This document shows, piece by piece, positions 18,334 through 27,265 of a stretch of DNA of 64,000 nucleotides. The notes under the pieces were generated by a model. That model had not been told where the DNA came from and ran no database searches. It was given only the letters and a program-made list of their open reading frames with translations. The stretch covers positions 6,257 to 70,256 of the forward strand of contig CAVVGE010000009.1 in NCBI GenBank assembly GCA_963747735.1, in the 5' to 3' direction. Both the position numbers and the translations under genes were made by a program. The stretch comes from an uncultured Alphaproteobacteria bacterium (GTDB lineage Bacteria; Pseudomonadota; Alphaproteobacteria; ATCC43930; CGMCC-115725). The first letter of the stretch is position 1; the number at the start of each line of letters is the position of its first letter.

Positions 18334-21107
18334 GGCCAGCGCTCCAGCCCGGCCAGTGACGGCACATCGATCTGCAGCAGCTCCGCCCCGGCGACGGTGC
18401 CGCGCTCGCCGGCCTGCGGGGCGGCGGCGATCAGGAATTCGGGAAGGTTGCTTTCGACGTCCTCGCGACTGAATTCGGTAAGCCGGACCGCTACGACCCC
18501 TGGCACCGCCTGGATCGCCGCAACGATTTCGCTCTGCGCCACTCCCTGTCCGAGCCCGCGGGCGTCAAAGCCGAAGGCCGAAGTAAGCGCGTCGCGCGCC
18601 GCCGCCAGCACCTGGTCGGGGTCGTAGTCGGTCTCATCGACCCGGACCAATCCTCCGATTTGAAACGGGACCGGCCGGTACGGCAGCACGGCCACCGGCA
18701 CGTATGGGTTGCCGGCATTGCGCAGTGCCGTGGCGAGGTCAGCAATGGTTTCGCCATCGGGATCGAGGCTCGACCCGCCAGCCCCGGCGACGGTGACGAC
18801 GACGCCGCGCGTGCGGCCGTACCAGGTCCAGGTCGCCAGCGCCTTGGCCACTCCGGCAAAAGCCGCGGCAAAATCCTGGTAATCCTCGAGCGACACCACC
18901 CGCTCGAGGGTCAGCACGTGCAGCGGCGCACTGCGGCGCACCTCATCGGCCGAATCGGGGTCGGCGCCGCCGCTTGCCGCAACCGGATTGAAGACGGTGT
19001 TGAGCCCGGCCGGCCGGTCGATCGCCTGGCTCAACTGGCCCGCGGCGACCATGCCCGAGCTGCCCAGCCCCTTCCGATAGGTGGCGTGGATGTTGACCTG
19101 GCCGGTCGGCGGCCGCGCGCCTTGCTGCCCGTCGCCAAACTGCACCGTAACGCCGCCGGTGTCGTTGCGTCGGGTTTCGAAGACGCGGTCGCGCGGATCG
19201 GCGCCGAGCAGATTGGGCTCCTCGTGCCATTGCAGATCGTTGACCCAGACCTGCAAGGTCGATTGGGTGCCCTGACCTTGCGGCACCGCGATGTAGGTCA
19301 GCGGCGCCTGCTTCAGCGTGAAGCGCTGATTGGCGACCGACGAATCCCCGCCGCCGACGAGCTCCTTCACCGTCTCGCCGTGGTCTGCGGCCACCACATT
19401 GGCATTGAAGCGGACCGTGGCGCGGTCATAGATGCGGCCGAGCGGCGTCGCAAAGCCGAGCTCGGTGCGGGCGGATTGCGGCTCGACGCCGGCGATCACA
19501 GCGGCTTCGCTGATTTCGGAATCGGCCTTGTCGGCGGCGATCAGGGTGATTGCGGCGACGGCGGCGGTCAGTGTGCCGGCAACGCCCTTTGTCGTCAGCA
19601 CCTGCCACGTCGCCCGGCCGGCATCGACGACCGGCGGATAGGCGTTCGCCAGAAACAAATCGCCCGACGCGAGCGCGATCGCGGTGCGTCCATCCGAACC
19701 CACCAGCGTCGCGGCCGGATCGCTGCCGAATTGCAGCCGGATGCGCTTGCCGGTTACCGCGATTGTCTGCCCGACGCTCAGCATGCCGCCGCCGAGCACC
19801 GTCTCGCCGTCGCCCACGACCGGCGTCAGCGTGCCGAGGCTGAGCGCGTACCCGTCGATCGCCGCGACCAGCGGCTGCTCGGCAACGGCCAGCGGCTCGC
19901 TCTGAACAAAGGCCGTTGTCTGGCGCGTCGCTTTGACGAAGAGATCGAGGTCGCTATCGGTATTGAGCGTCAGGCTTGTCGCCTTGGAAGAGAGCGTGTA
20001 GCGCAGCGGCGCCCGGTCGGCGGCGCGAACGATCCGGTACAGCTTGCGGAAGTTGGAATGCGCGTCGGGAAAGGACAGAACGAGCCACGAGAAACGTTCG
20101 GGCGCGCTGTCGAATTGGCCGGCATCCGCTTGTGTCGGCGCAATATCGGGATAGACCGTGTCGAGATCGACTTGCTCGTTGTCGTGGACAAAGTTCCAGT
20201 CGCCGATCTGGGCAGTTGCACGCAGCACGACGCCCGCGGCCGGCGCATTCGGCAAGATCGCAGGATCGGGCGCGTTCACCCCGAAGAGCGAAGCCCGCTT
20301 GCGCATCGCGTAGATTTGGATGTCGGCGGCGCCTTGCTGGAACGTGGTAAACAGCCCCTGGTCCCAGTCGATTCGCGTGCGGTAGTTCGCCGGGTCGGGC
20401 GAAACCGCAGTGACGCTGCGCAATTCCCACACCTCGCTCAGCGGGTTGCCGAGCCGCGCCTTGTCCACCAGAAGAATCGTGTCGCCGGGCTTGAGCCCGG
20501 TCGCGGTCCCGGCCAGCCACAGCGATGTGGTGACCTGCTGCCAATTCACCGGGCTCGAGGTCTCGGCGGGCAGGGCATTGTGCGCAATCCGCGCGGTGAG
20601 CGGCGCCTGCGTCTCGAACACCGCCGGCTGCTGGCCCGGCGCCGGCACGCTTTGCACGCGCGAGCCTGCATCGATGACCACCGGGTCCGGAGAGCCCGCC
20701 GACTCGTTGAGCGTGAAAGCGAGCGGCGCCGAGGCGGCAACACCCGGTCCGGGCTGGTAGCCGACAAGCCGCGCCAGCTCGTTGACCGAGCGCTGCTGCA
20801 CGGCGGTGCGCAAATAGGATTCGTTCGCCAGCCGCTCCTGGTAGAAGGTCAGAATGTCGGCGGCGACGGCAAACGCATCGAGCAGCGCGATCGAAAAGTC
20901 GCTGTCGTCGCGGGCGGTCAGCGGCGCCAATGCAGGAAACGCCGGGTCGGACAGCGCCGACAGCATGCTCGCCTTGAAGCTCGCATGGGTGCCGGCGCGG
21001 TAGGCGATCGACGACAGCCCGGCGCGGTTGAAGATTGCCGCCGGGGTCTCCCTGGTGACGCCGATGCAGCAGCCGCAGGGCGCCGGCATGTCGTCGCTGT
21101 CGCTCAT
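18330..21107 (-). CDS. large baseplate assembly protein (baseplate J/gp6-like, CGCC N-terminus)
   Basis: PAPCGCCIGVTRETPAAIFNRAGLSSIAYRAGTHASFKASMLSAL is a typical opening of the eCIS 'putative baseplate assembly protein'. 925 aa, with a 4-nt start/stop overlap on both sides. Confidence 0.85.
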   Translation of the reverse strand: MSDSDDMPAPCGCCIGVTRETPAAIFNRAGLSSIAYRAGTHASFKASMLSALSDPAFPALAPLTARDDSDFSIALLDAFAVAADILTFYQERLANESYLRTAVQQRSVNELARLVGYQPGPGVAASAPLAFTLNESAGSPDPVVIDAGSRVQSVPAPGQQPAVFETQAPLTARIAHNALPAETSSPVNWQQVTTSLWLAGTATGLKPGDTILLVDKARLGNPLSEVWELRSVTAVSPDPANYRTRIDWDQGLFTTFQQGAADIQIYAMRKRASLFGVNAPDPAILPNAPAAGVVLRATAQIGDWNFVHDNEQVDLDTVYPDIAPTQADAGQFDSAPERFSWLVLSFPDAHSNFRKLYRIVRAADRAPLRYTLSSKATSLTLNTDSDLDLFVKATRQTTAFVQSEPLAVAEQPLVAAIDGYALSLGTLTPVVGDGETVLGGGMLSVGQTIAVTGKRIRLQFGSDPAATLVGSDGRTAIALASGDLFLANAYPPVVDAGRATWQVLTTKGVAGTLTAAVAAITLIAADKADSEISEAAVIAGVEPQSARTELGFATPLGRIYDRATVRFNANVVAADHGETVKELVGGGDSSVANQRFTLKQAPLTYIAVPQGQGTQSTLQVWVNDLQWHEEPNLLGADPRDRVFETRRNDTGGVTVQFGDGQQGARPPTGQVNIHATYRKGLGSSGMVAAGQLSQAIDRPAGLNTVFNPVAASGGADPDSADEVRRSAPLHVLTLERVVSLEDYQDFAAAFAGVAKALATWTWYGRTRGVVVTVAGAGGSSLDPDGETIADLATALRNAGNPYVPVAVLPYRPVPFQIGGLVRVDETDYDPDQVLAAARDALTSAFGFDARGLGQGVAQSEIVAAIQAVPGVVAVRLTEFSREDVESNLPEFLIAAAPQAGERGTVAGAELLQIDVPSLAGLERWP

Positions 21108-23576
21108 TGGCCGCCGTCCAACGTCAGTTCGAAGATGCCGCGGTCCGGCCGGCTCGGATCGTTGTCGATGCGGGCGATCTCCAGCCGCTGCAAGGTCATG
21201 AACCCGGCATTCGCCGCGTCGTGCGCGGGGTCATCGACGCGCTGGAAGGTGACGGCGCGGACCGAGGCCACCCCCTCCACCTGCTGCGCCGCGGCGACAA
21301 AGGGGCTCAAATAGACCGTCTGGCCAAAGCTGAAATTCGCCGGATCGAGCAGACCGGGCCGGCCGTCGCAAGCGAGGCCGGCGGTGAACACGCGGCTCAG
21401 CGCAGTGCCGACCTGCGCGCGCAAATAATGCGGCTTGACGCAGACCGCCAACGCAATCCGCAGACCGACGATGACCGCCGGCTCGGCCGCGAGATCGACC
21501 CCGGCCATGCGCAACAGGTCGAGGCGGTTCAGCGTGGTGACGGCGAGATCGGCGGCCGGCGGTGCCGCCGGTGCGGGATCGAGCGCGACAAACGCGGTCC
21601 GCCAGCTGCCGGTCCACCGCATCGTGCCGCGCGCGGCATGCACGTCGGGGTCGAGCGCGGCGGCGGATCCCGTAATCGATTTCGGTCACGGCGCGCAGCT
21701 GGTTGCGAAAGGCCCAGGGTGCGGATTGGCGGATCGCCTCCATCGTCTCCGGGTCGCGGCCGCCGCGCGCTGGCAGCGGATTGCGAACCGCCGAGACGCG
21801 GGTTTCGGCGGTCAGCACATGGCCGATCGTGTCGGCGCCGAGATTGCCGGCGGTGCCGTTGCCGACCCGGTAGCGCGCCCGAAAGCTTTGGCCGGTGGCG
21901 GGTGCCGCCCCGTGCTCGCCATCGCCAAAACGCAAAAAGGCGGTCCCGTCGCGCTCGATCTCGATGAGAAAGCCGAGCGCCGCGGGCGGCAACGCCAAGA
22001 GATCGGTTTCCGGTTCCCAGGGATTGTCGTGGTCGTCGCGACCCTCGATCTGCGGCGTCGCCGGGTCTGCATCTGCCGCGGGCATGCTCCCCAATGCGGA
22101 GGCCGGCGCGGTCGCGTCAAATGGCCGCGCAAAGGTCAGCGGCGACGATGCGAGAGAGGGGAAGAATTGCGCGGGCCGTGGCGTCACCTGGCCGGCCGTC
22201 GTGCAGCAAGCGCCCGCTGCCGTATTGATCGGCGCCGTCGGCGGCTCCGGCACCGTGCCGAGGCTTTCCCACGCATCCGCCCCGGACCACAGCCCGTGAT
22301 CCGCCGGCACGATATTGCCGCGGGCGACGCTGATATTGTCGATCAGACGGGCGCCGTGCTCGGCGTCGGTGACGGCGGAGAGGCAAAGCGCAAAGGGCAG
22401 CGCGTCGGCCGCCTGCCACTCGATATCGGTGATGCTCTCGCCGGTCACGGGGTCGATCAGCACCTGGCCGAAGCGGTCGGTGTGATGCACGCGGGTCAGC
22501 TGCACGGCGCAGCGATGCGTGCGGTCGGCGTCTTCGGCCGCCCCGGTATCCGGCCCCAGCACCTCCTCGAACATCAGGACGGCGCCGACCGAGAGCGTAT
22601 CGAGGTGGCCCTTGAGGGTCGCCGCCGTCGCGCCGGCCGGCAGGCAGCAGGCTTCGTCGCTCCAGGTGTGAAAGGCGATCTCGTTCAGTGCCTGGCTCAG
22701 CGTCGCATCCGCCAAGGTGGCGAACACGACGCCGCCCGCCGCCAAGAGGCTGCTCGCCACGGCGCTGTTCGGGTCGAGGCGTGGTGCGACACCGGCGACG
22801 CGCGGCAAGAGCAGCGTGCCGGCCGGCACAGCGATCCCCTCACCGTCGGCGCGCAGGAACACCCAGACGCGCGCATTCTCGCCTTCGTCCACCCGGTAAT
22901 CGACGAGGCGCGCATGCCGGCGCAGCGAGATGCGGCTGCGCGCGGTGCCGAGATAGGCCTCGGTCGCGACGGCATCCTGGCGGTAGCTCAGATGGTCGGC
23001 GACATAAGCCAATACTTCGACCAGCGCCACGCCGAGATCGGCCGCGTGCCGCTCGGTCCAGGACGGCGCCGTCACCGCCAGCCGATCGAGCATCACCTGG
23101 ACAAAGCCGGGATAATCCTTGGCCAGATAGTTGATGTCCGGCTCGACCGGCGCCGCGACCGGGCAGCACGAGACGGGAGCGCAGTCGGTGGTGACCGGGC
23201 ACCCGGCCTTGAACGAAAACTCGATCTGCGCCAGCGCCGGATCGATGCCGGTGGGCGGCTCGTCGGTTTTCTCGTCGGCCCGCAACCTAAGCATGTAGGT
23301 CGAGAAATCGCCGGCACGATCGACCTCGATGCGCAATGCATTGGCATCGTCCGGCATCGGCGCAACCGACACAGTCGCGATGCCGGTGACGCTTTCGCCG
23401 CCGAGGATCACGACCTGCTCGGGGCCGAGGGCGAGCGCTGCCGCGCCGCGCAGCATCGTCAGCACCAGCACCGTCTGTTCGGATTCGTCCGGCACTTCGA
23501 GATAATCGATCCCGTTTAGCGCCGGCCGCGCCAGCACGAGCGTCCGTCGGTTGCGCTGGGCGCAGAAATAGATCAC
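21104..23576 (-). pseudogene. baseplate J-like protein (Afp11-class) interrupted by a 1-nt frameshift near 21660-21685
   Basis: A GTG at 23576 overlaps the gp25 stop (GTGA). The frame reads ...NGIDYLEV...RNPLPARGGRDPETMEAIRQSAPWAFRNQLRAVTEIDYG. The family-typical continuation AAALDPDVHAARGTMRWTGSWRTAFVALDP... is in the adjacent frame (ORF 21104-21643). The total length of 2473 nt is not a multiple of 3. Confidence 0.8.
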
Positions 23577-23938
23577 GGCGACGCCGCCCCGGCGACAAAC
23601 TGCGCCGTTTGCTGCTGCTGGGTCAGGATGACGGTATAGGAAACCTTCACCAGCAAGGTCGCATCCTCGTTTTGGACCTCGACCGATTGCACCTGGATCA
23701 GATCCGACAGCCATTGCTGCAAGCCGGCGCGGATCATGCTCTGCTGCGCCATCGCCAGCATGTCGCCATTGGGCGCGAACACCTGCTGGCCGGTGCCGCT
23801 GCCAAAGGTCGGACGATTGACCCGCTCGCCGGGTGCCGTCAGCAGCACTTGCCGGATCAGGTCGCGGATGTGCTGCTCGGGGTCGGCGGCGGCGGTGCGG
23901 CCGCTGCGGTCGAAGCCGTATGGGAAGGCGATGTCCAT
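23573..23938 (-). CDS. baseplate wedge protein GPW/gp25-like
   Basis: HIRDLIRQVLLTAPGERVNRPTFGSG is the gp25-family core motif. 121 aa. Confidence 0.85.
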   Translation of the reverse strand: MDIAFPYGFDRSGRTAAADPEQHIRDLIRQVLLTAPGERVNRPTFGSGTGQQVFAPNGDMLAMAQQSMIRAGLQQWLSDLIQVQSVEVQNEDATLLVKVSYTVILTQQQQTAQFVAGAASP

Positions 23939-23942
23939 GCCG

Positions 23943-24260
23943 CTACTCGGCCGTAACTCGCGTCTGCGTCACCAGCGGCAACAGCGGCGTGCCGGTCGGC
24001 GCGCAGATCGCTTGGCTCGTCTGGATCAGCAGCGGCTGGCCGTTCGAGGTCACGCGCAATGTGCCGGTGATCCATTGCGCGCTGACGCACGGCCCGCCCG
24101 CAACCGGTGGCAACGGGCAGCCGGCGACGACATAGGGTGCGGTCAGCAATACCGAGGGCTGGCCCGACAATGTCACCCGCGGGTTCGGCGCGGTCGGCTG
24201 CGCCTGACCGGCATGCGCGCAGAGGACCGTAGCGCCGACATGCAGCATGAGACCGGGCAT
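23943..24260 (-). CDS. PAAR-like spike-tip protein
   Basis: 105 aa. VLCAHAGQAQP...GQPSVLLTAPYVVAGCPLPPVAGGPCVSAQWITGTLRVTSNGQPLLIQTSQAICAP matches the PAAR/DUF4280-type pattern. Confidence 0.7.
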   Translation of the reverse strand: MPGLMLHVGATVLCAHAGQAQPTAPNPRVTLSGQPSVLLTAPYVVAGCPLPPVAGGPCVSAQWITGTLRVTSNGQPLLIQTSQAICAPTGTPLLPLVTQTRVTAE

Positions 24261-24273
24261 CGCCGCTTCTCCG

Positions 24274-24780
24274 CTAAACGACCGCCAACGCGCCTTGGTT
24301 GACCGTGACCGACGGCCCGGCCAGCACGATCGTGGCGCCCTGCCCGTTGCTGATGGTGATGCCGATCTCGTTGATCTGGATCAGCGCGCCACTTGCGGAT
24401 TTCAGCAGGATGCCGCCGGTCGGTCCGGGCACGTCGCTCAGCATCAGCGTGTTCTGACCGGTGGTTTGCAGCACGATCGGCTGGATCGCGGGTGGGGCGG
24501 CCAGCGCCAGCGCCGGCACCTCAGCTGCCGAGCCCCAGAAACAGCCCGACCAGATCGGGTAATCCTGGTTGCCCTGCTCAAACTCGATCCAGACCGCGGC
24601 GCCGATCGGCGGCAGGACAAACTCGCCGGCTTGCGGCCCTGCCATCGGCACGCAAGGCAGCGCCCAGGTGCTCGGCACGACGCCGTAAACATCCGGCACC
24701 AATGCCTGGATGCGACCCATCTGCATCGGGTCGGCATTGTTCAGCACCGTGCCGCGGTATTTGCCGAGAAATTGCGCCAT
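24274..24780 (-). CDS. spike protein, phage baseplate assembly protein V (gp5 OB-fold)-like
   Basis: YRGTVLNNADPMQMGRIQALVPDV...WALPCVPMAGPQAGEFVLPPIGAAVWIEFEQGNQDYPIWSGCFW is the gpV signature. Confidence 0.85.
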   Translation of the reverse strand: MAQFLGKYRGTVLNNADPMQMGRIQALVPDVYGVVPSTWALPCVPMAGPQAGEFVLPPIGAAVWIEFEQGNQDYPIWSGCFWGSAAEVPALALAAPPAIQPIVLQTTGQNTLMLSDVPGPTGGILLKSASGALIQINEIGITISNGQGATIVLAGPSVTVNQGALAVV

Positions 24781-24795
24781 TCGCCGACCCCTCTC

Positions 24796-25929
24796 TCAGA
24801 TGCCGAGCGAAGGGACGACCGGCGTATTGGAAATCAGGCCATTGCGCTTCAGCGTAAACTCCTGCTTGTACTCGCCGCGCGACAGGCGATGGGTGACGCT
24901 GTCGACATAGTGCAGTCCGTCGAAGGCCGGCCCGGCGCCGCGCACGCCGACCAGCTGGCGCGCCTTCAGCACCCGTCCATAGCGCAGCACGTCGAGCGTG
25001 CCGCTGCCGCTGACCACGTCGGCGCTAGCGGAGGCGGCCGCCATGCCGATCATCAGCGCCTGCCCCAGCCCGTATTTTGCGGTTTCCGGCAGCGGCTCGG
25101 TGTGCGTCGGCGGCGGCGTGTAGGCGCCGAGCGGCGGGTTCAGCGGGGTAACCGGCGGGATCGCGATCGGGATCGACGCGTGGGTCGTCTCGTCCATGCT
25201 GTAGACGATCGGGAGCGTCGAATTGTGCGGCTGGTAGCGGAAGCTCAGCGCTTCGACATTGGTCCAGCTGTCCATGTTGATGCTGAGCGCCGGCTGCGGC
25301 ACGCCGAACTTCACCTGCGGCCCGAAATACGCCGTGCTGACGCCGGGGAGGGGCCCGGGGTCGATGTAAAAGACATAGCCGACCTGTTTTGCGAGATCGT
25401 TGATATAGGCGAGGTCGGTGCCTTTCTGGCTCGGGATGCGCTCGACCGGCAGCGGCACGTCCGAGATAAAGCTCGGCACGACCATCGGGGTGACGCCGTA
25501 GACCGCATATTTGCCGAGGATCGCGCCGACGCGCGCCTCGATCGGCATCGGGTAGGGCAGCCCTGTGAAATCGACCTGGTTCATGACCGCGGTCAGGTCC
25601 TCGCCCATGATCGTGATCGTCGACGAGCCGCTGCTGCCGACCGGCTGCAACTCCTGGTGACGGATGACACCGTCCATCAGCACCTGCGGCAGGCCGTTGA
25701 CCGTGACCATGATCACGACCCGCAGCTCGACCGCGGGTCCGCCGCTGGCGAGCAGAAAGAGCGTGTGCAGGATCGACCGGTTGCTGATCGTGAAATTCAG
25801 GCTGAAGCCGCTGGCGCCGGTGGCGCTGGTGGTCACCTCGACCGAGGTCAGCGCATCCAGCACCGGCTTTGGCGCCGGCAGCGGCACCATCGGCCCGACC
25901 AGCAAGGTCATGTAGAGGGCGCTAGCCAC
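24796..25929 (-). CDS. baseplate hub, late-control gpD / gp27-like
   Basis: 377 aa. ...TDLAYINDLAKQVGYVFYIDPGP...LVGVRGAGPAFDGLHYVDSVTHRLSRGEYKQEFTL is typical of gpD-like proteins. A GGAGG lies 8 nt upstream of the GTG start. Confidence 0.8.
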   Translation of the reverse strand: MASALYMTLLVGPMVPLPAPKPVLDALTSVEVTTSATGASGFSLNFTISNRSILHTLFLLASGGPAVELRVVIMVTVNGLPQVLMDGVIRHQELQPVGSSGSSTITIMGEDLTAVMNQVDFTGLPYPMPIEARVGAILGKYAVYGVTPMVVPSFISDVPLPVERIPSQKGTDLAYINDLAKQVGYVFYIDPGPLPGVSTAYFGPQVKFGVPQPALSINMDSWTNVEALSFRYQPHNSTLPIVYSMDETTHASIPIAIPPVTPLNPPLGAYTPPPTHTEPLPETAKYGLGQALMIGMAAASASADVVSGSGTLDVLRYGRVLKARQLVGVRGAGPAFDGLHYVDSVTHRLSRGEYKQEFTLKRNGLISNTPVVPSLGI

Positions 25930-26305
25930 TGCCGCCTCCGGGGCCGCCGGGCGTCCCCGCCGCTATGCCGGCCGGCAGCGTGATCCGCAGCACCTTGCCC
26001 GGCTCCGCGGTCAGCGCGTCGGGATCGCCCGCGGCGTTGGCGTCGCAGATGATCCAATAGAGCAGCGGGTCGCCGAGCTGAGCATTGGCGATGTTGTCGA
26101 TGCGGTCGCCTTGGATCACCACGTATTGGCGCATCGTCGCGAACTGGTCGGGCTGCGCAATGATCCGGCGCTGGAGGTAGCGCACCACGGTGCCGTCCTT
26201 TTGCGTAAAGGTCGCAGTGGGGAGGCCGTAATAGCGGCTGTTCTGCGCATTCGGCGCGCCGCTCGTGCCGCCGGCGGCGACAAAGGCATCGAGCGGGTTG
26301 GTCAC
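25922..26305 (-). CDS. LysM/gpX-like tail protein
   Basis: YVVIQGDRIDNIANAQLGDPLLYWIICDANAAGDPDALTAEPGKVLRITLP resembles the LysM-type tail protein X of P2-like baseplates. Confidence 0.7.
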   Translation of the reverse strand: MTNPLDAFVAAGGTSGAPNAQNSRYYGLPTATFTQKDGTVVRYLQRRIIAQPDQFATMRQYVVIQGDRIDNIANAQLGDPLLYWIICDANAAGDPDALTAEPGKVLRITLPAGIAAGTPGGPGGGSG

Positions 26306-26955
26306 AGCGAAATGCCCCCGGCCAGCGTGCCGAGCGATTGCAATGCATTGGCGATCGCCAGCGCCTCCTTTTCGATCTGGTAGATCATGTAGAGGGCGCC
26401 GGCCGGGTTCAGAAACCCGGTGTCATTGACGTTCAATACCCGCATCTCGAGCGACACGCGCGCGCGGATCGGGTTGAGGTTGGTGTCGAATGCCTCCTCG
26501 GTGATGTCGAGCGAGGTGATGCGCACCGGGGTGATGCGCGTCGGGTTCCAGACAAAGACCGAGAGCGGCGACTGCATCGGCAGGATCTCGATCGTCCCGG
26601 CCAGGGTCAGCGCCTCGTTCAGCAGCAGCTCGACACTCGACGGGTAGATCAGGAGCTCGAGTGCGGCGAGTTGTGGCTGGATGCCGGAAACGACGGTGAC
26701 CGGGTTGTCGGCCGGGGCCGCCAGCTGATCGGTCGCATCGATCTCGGCGGCGACGGTGATCGTCTCGACCGGCGGTCCCTTCAGCCGCAGAATTTCCGTG
26801 CGGTCGACCGGGTCGGCAATCGCCTGCGGCTGCAGCCGTCGCGTCAGCGTGTCGGGGTTGTATTGCAGCACAATGGCGCTGCGCGGGATCCCGGTGTCAG
26901 GATCGAGCGTGACGATGCCGCCTTTCAATACCCGCGGCGAAATCGGTGACGGCAT
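26302..26955 (-). CDS. tube-initiator / second tube-fold protein (CIS-tube N-terminal-domain type)
   Basis: MPSPISPRVLKGGIVTLDP...SAIVLQYNPDTLTRRLQPQ is a typical opening of eCIS tube-initiator proteins. 217 aa. Confidence 0.7.
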   Translation of the reverse strand: MPSPISPRVLKGGIVTLDPDTGIPRSAIVLQYNPDTLTRRLQPQAIADPVDRTEILRLKGPPVETITVAAEIDATDQLAAPADNPVTVVSGIQPQLAALELLIYPSSVELLLNEALTLAGTIEILPMQSPLSVFVWNPTRITPVRITSLDITEEAFDTNLNPIRARVSLEMRVLNVNDTGFLNPAGALYMIYQIEKEALAIANALQSLGTLAGGISL

Positions 26956-26959
26956 CGTG

Positions 26960-27265
26960 CTAACCCCTTCCCGAACGCAGAACACCGCGCCACAGCCCGG
27001 CGGCGACCGCGCGCCCGCGGAACTCAGGCCCGCCGGTGATGGCGAAACGCACTCCCTCGAGCTGCGGCATGTCCGCCGCCCGGAAGGTCTGGCCCGGCGC
27101 CGCGGCCAGCCGGGCCAGCTCCGTTTCGAAGGCCTCCGTCATCGCACCCGCCTCGACCGGCGGCACGCCGTGCCAGGCCAGCCGCTCGATATCCAGCCGG
27201 ACTGCCGGCGGCGCGGCCGAGGGACGGCGGCGCTCGCGGCGGCGCTGGGCGCGCGCCGGCATCAT
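26960..27265 (-). CDS. small hypothetical protein in the eCIS operon
   Basis: Only the last 101 codons of ORF 26960-28264 lie outside the ATPase gene. The ATG overlaps the ATPase stop (ATGA). It shares a VR[IL]xIxR[VL]xxH[AG]xPP motif with the C-terminus of the tape-measure-like protein. Confidence 0.45.
   Translation of the reverse strand: MMPARAQRRRERRRPSAAPPAVRLDIERLAWHGVPPVEAGAMTEAFETELARLAAAPGQTFRAADMPQLEGVRFAITGGPEFRGRAVAAGLWRGVLRSGRG

Noticed and set aside
18660-21314. An 884-aa plus-strand ORF. Similar long antisense ORFs exist, for example 32470-34641 (723 aa), 21435-23519 (694 aa), 3379-5163 (594 aa) and 49200-50500.
   Set aside because: These are shadow ORFs on the strand opposite well-supported genes in high-GC DNA. 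Their translations are Arg/Ala/Gly/Pro-rich with no recognisable motifs, and they overlap genes that have clear family signatures.
21640-21690. Programmed ribosomal frameshift in the baseplate-J-like gene.
   Set aside because: There is no slippery heptamer, homopolymer run or obvious downstream structure at the frame switch. A simple 1-nt indel or a sequencing error is more parsimonious.
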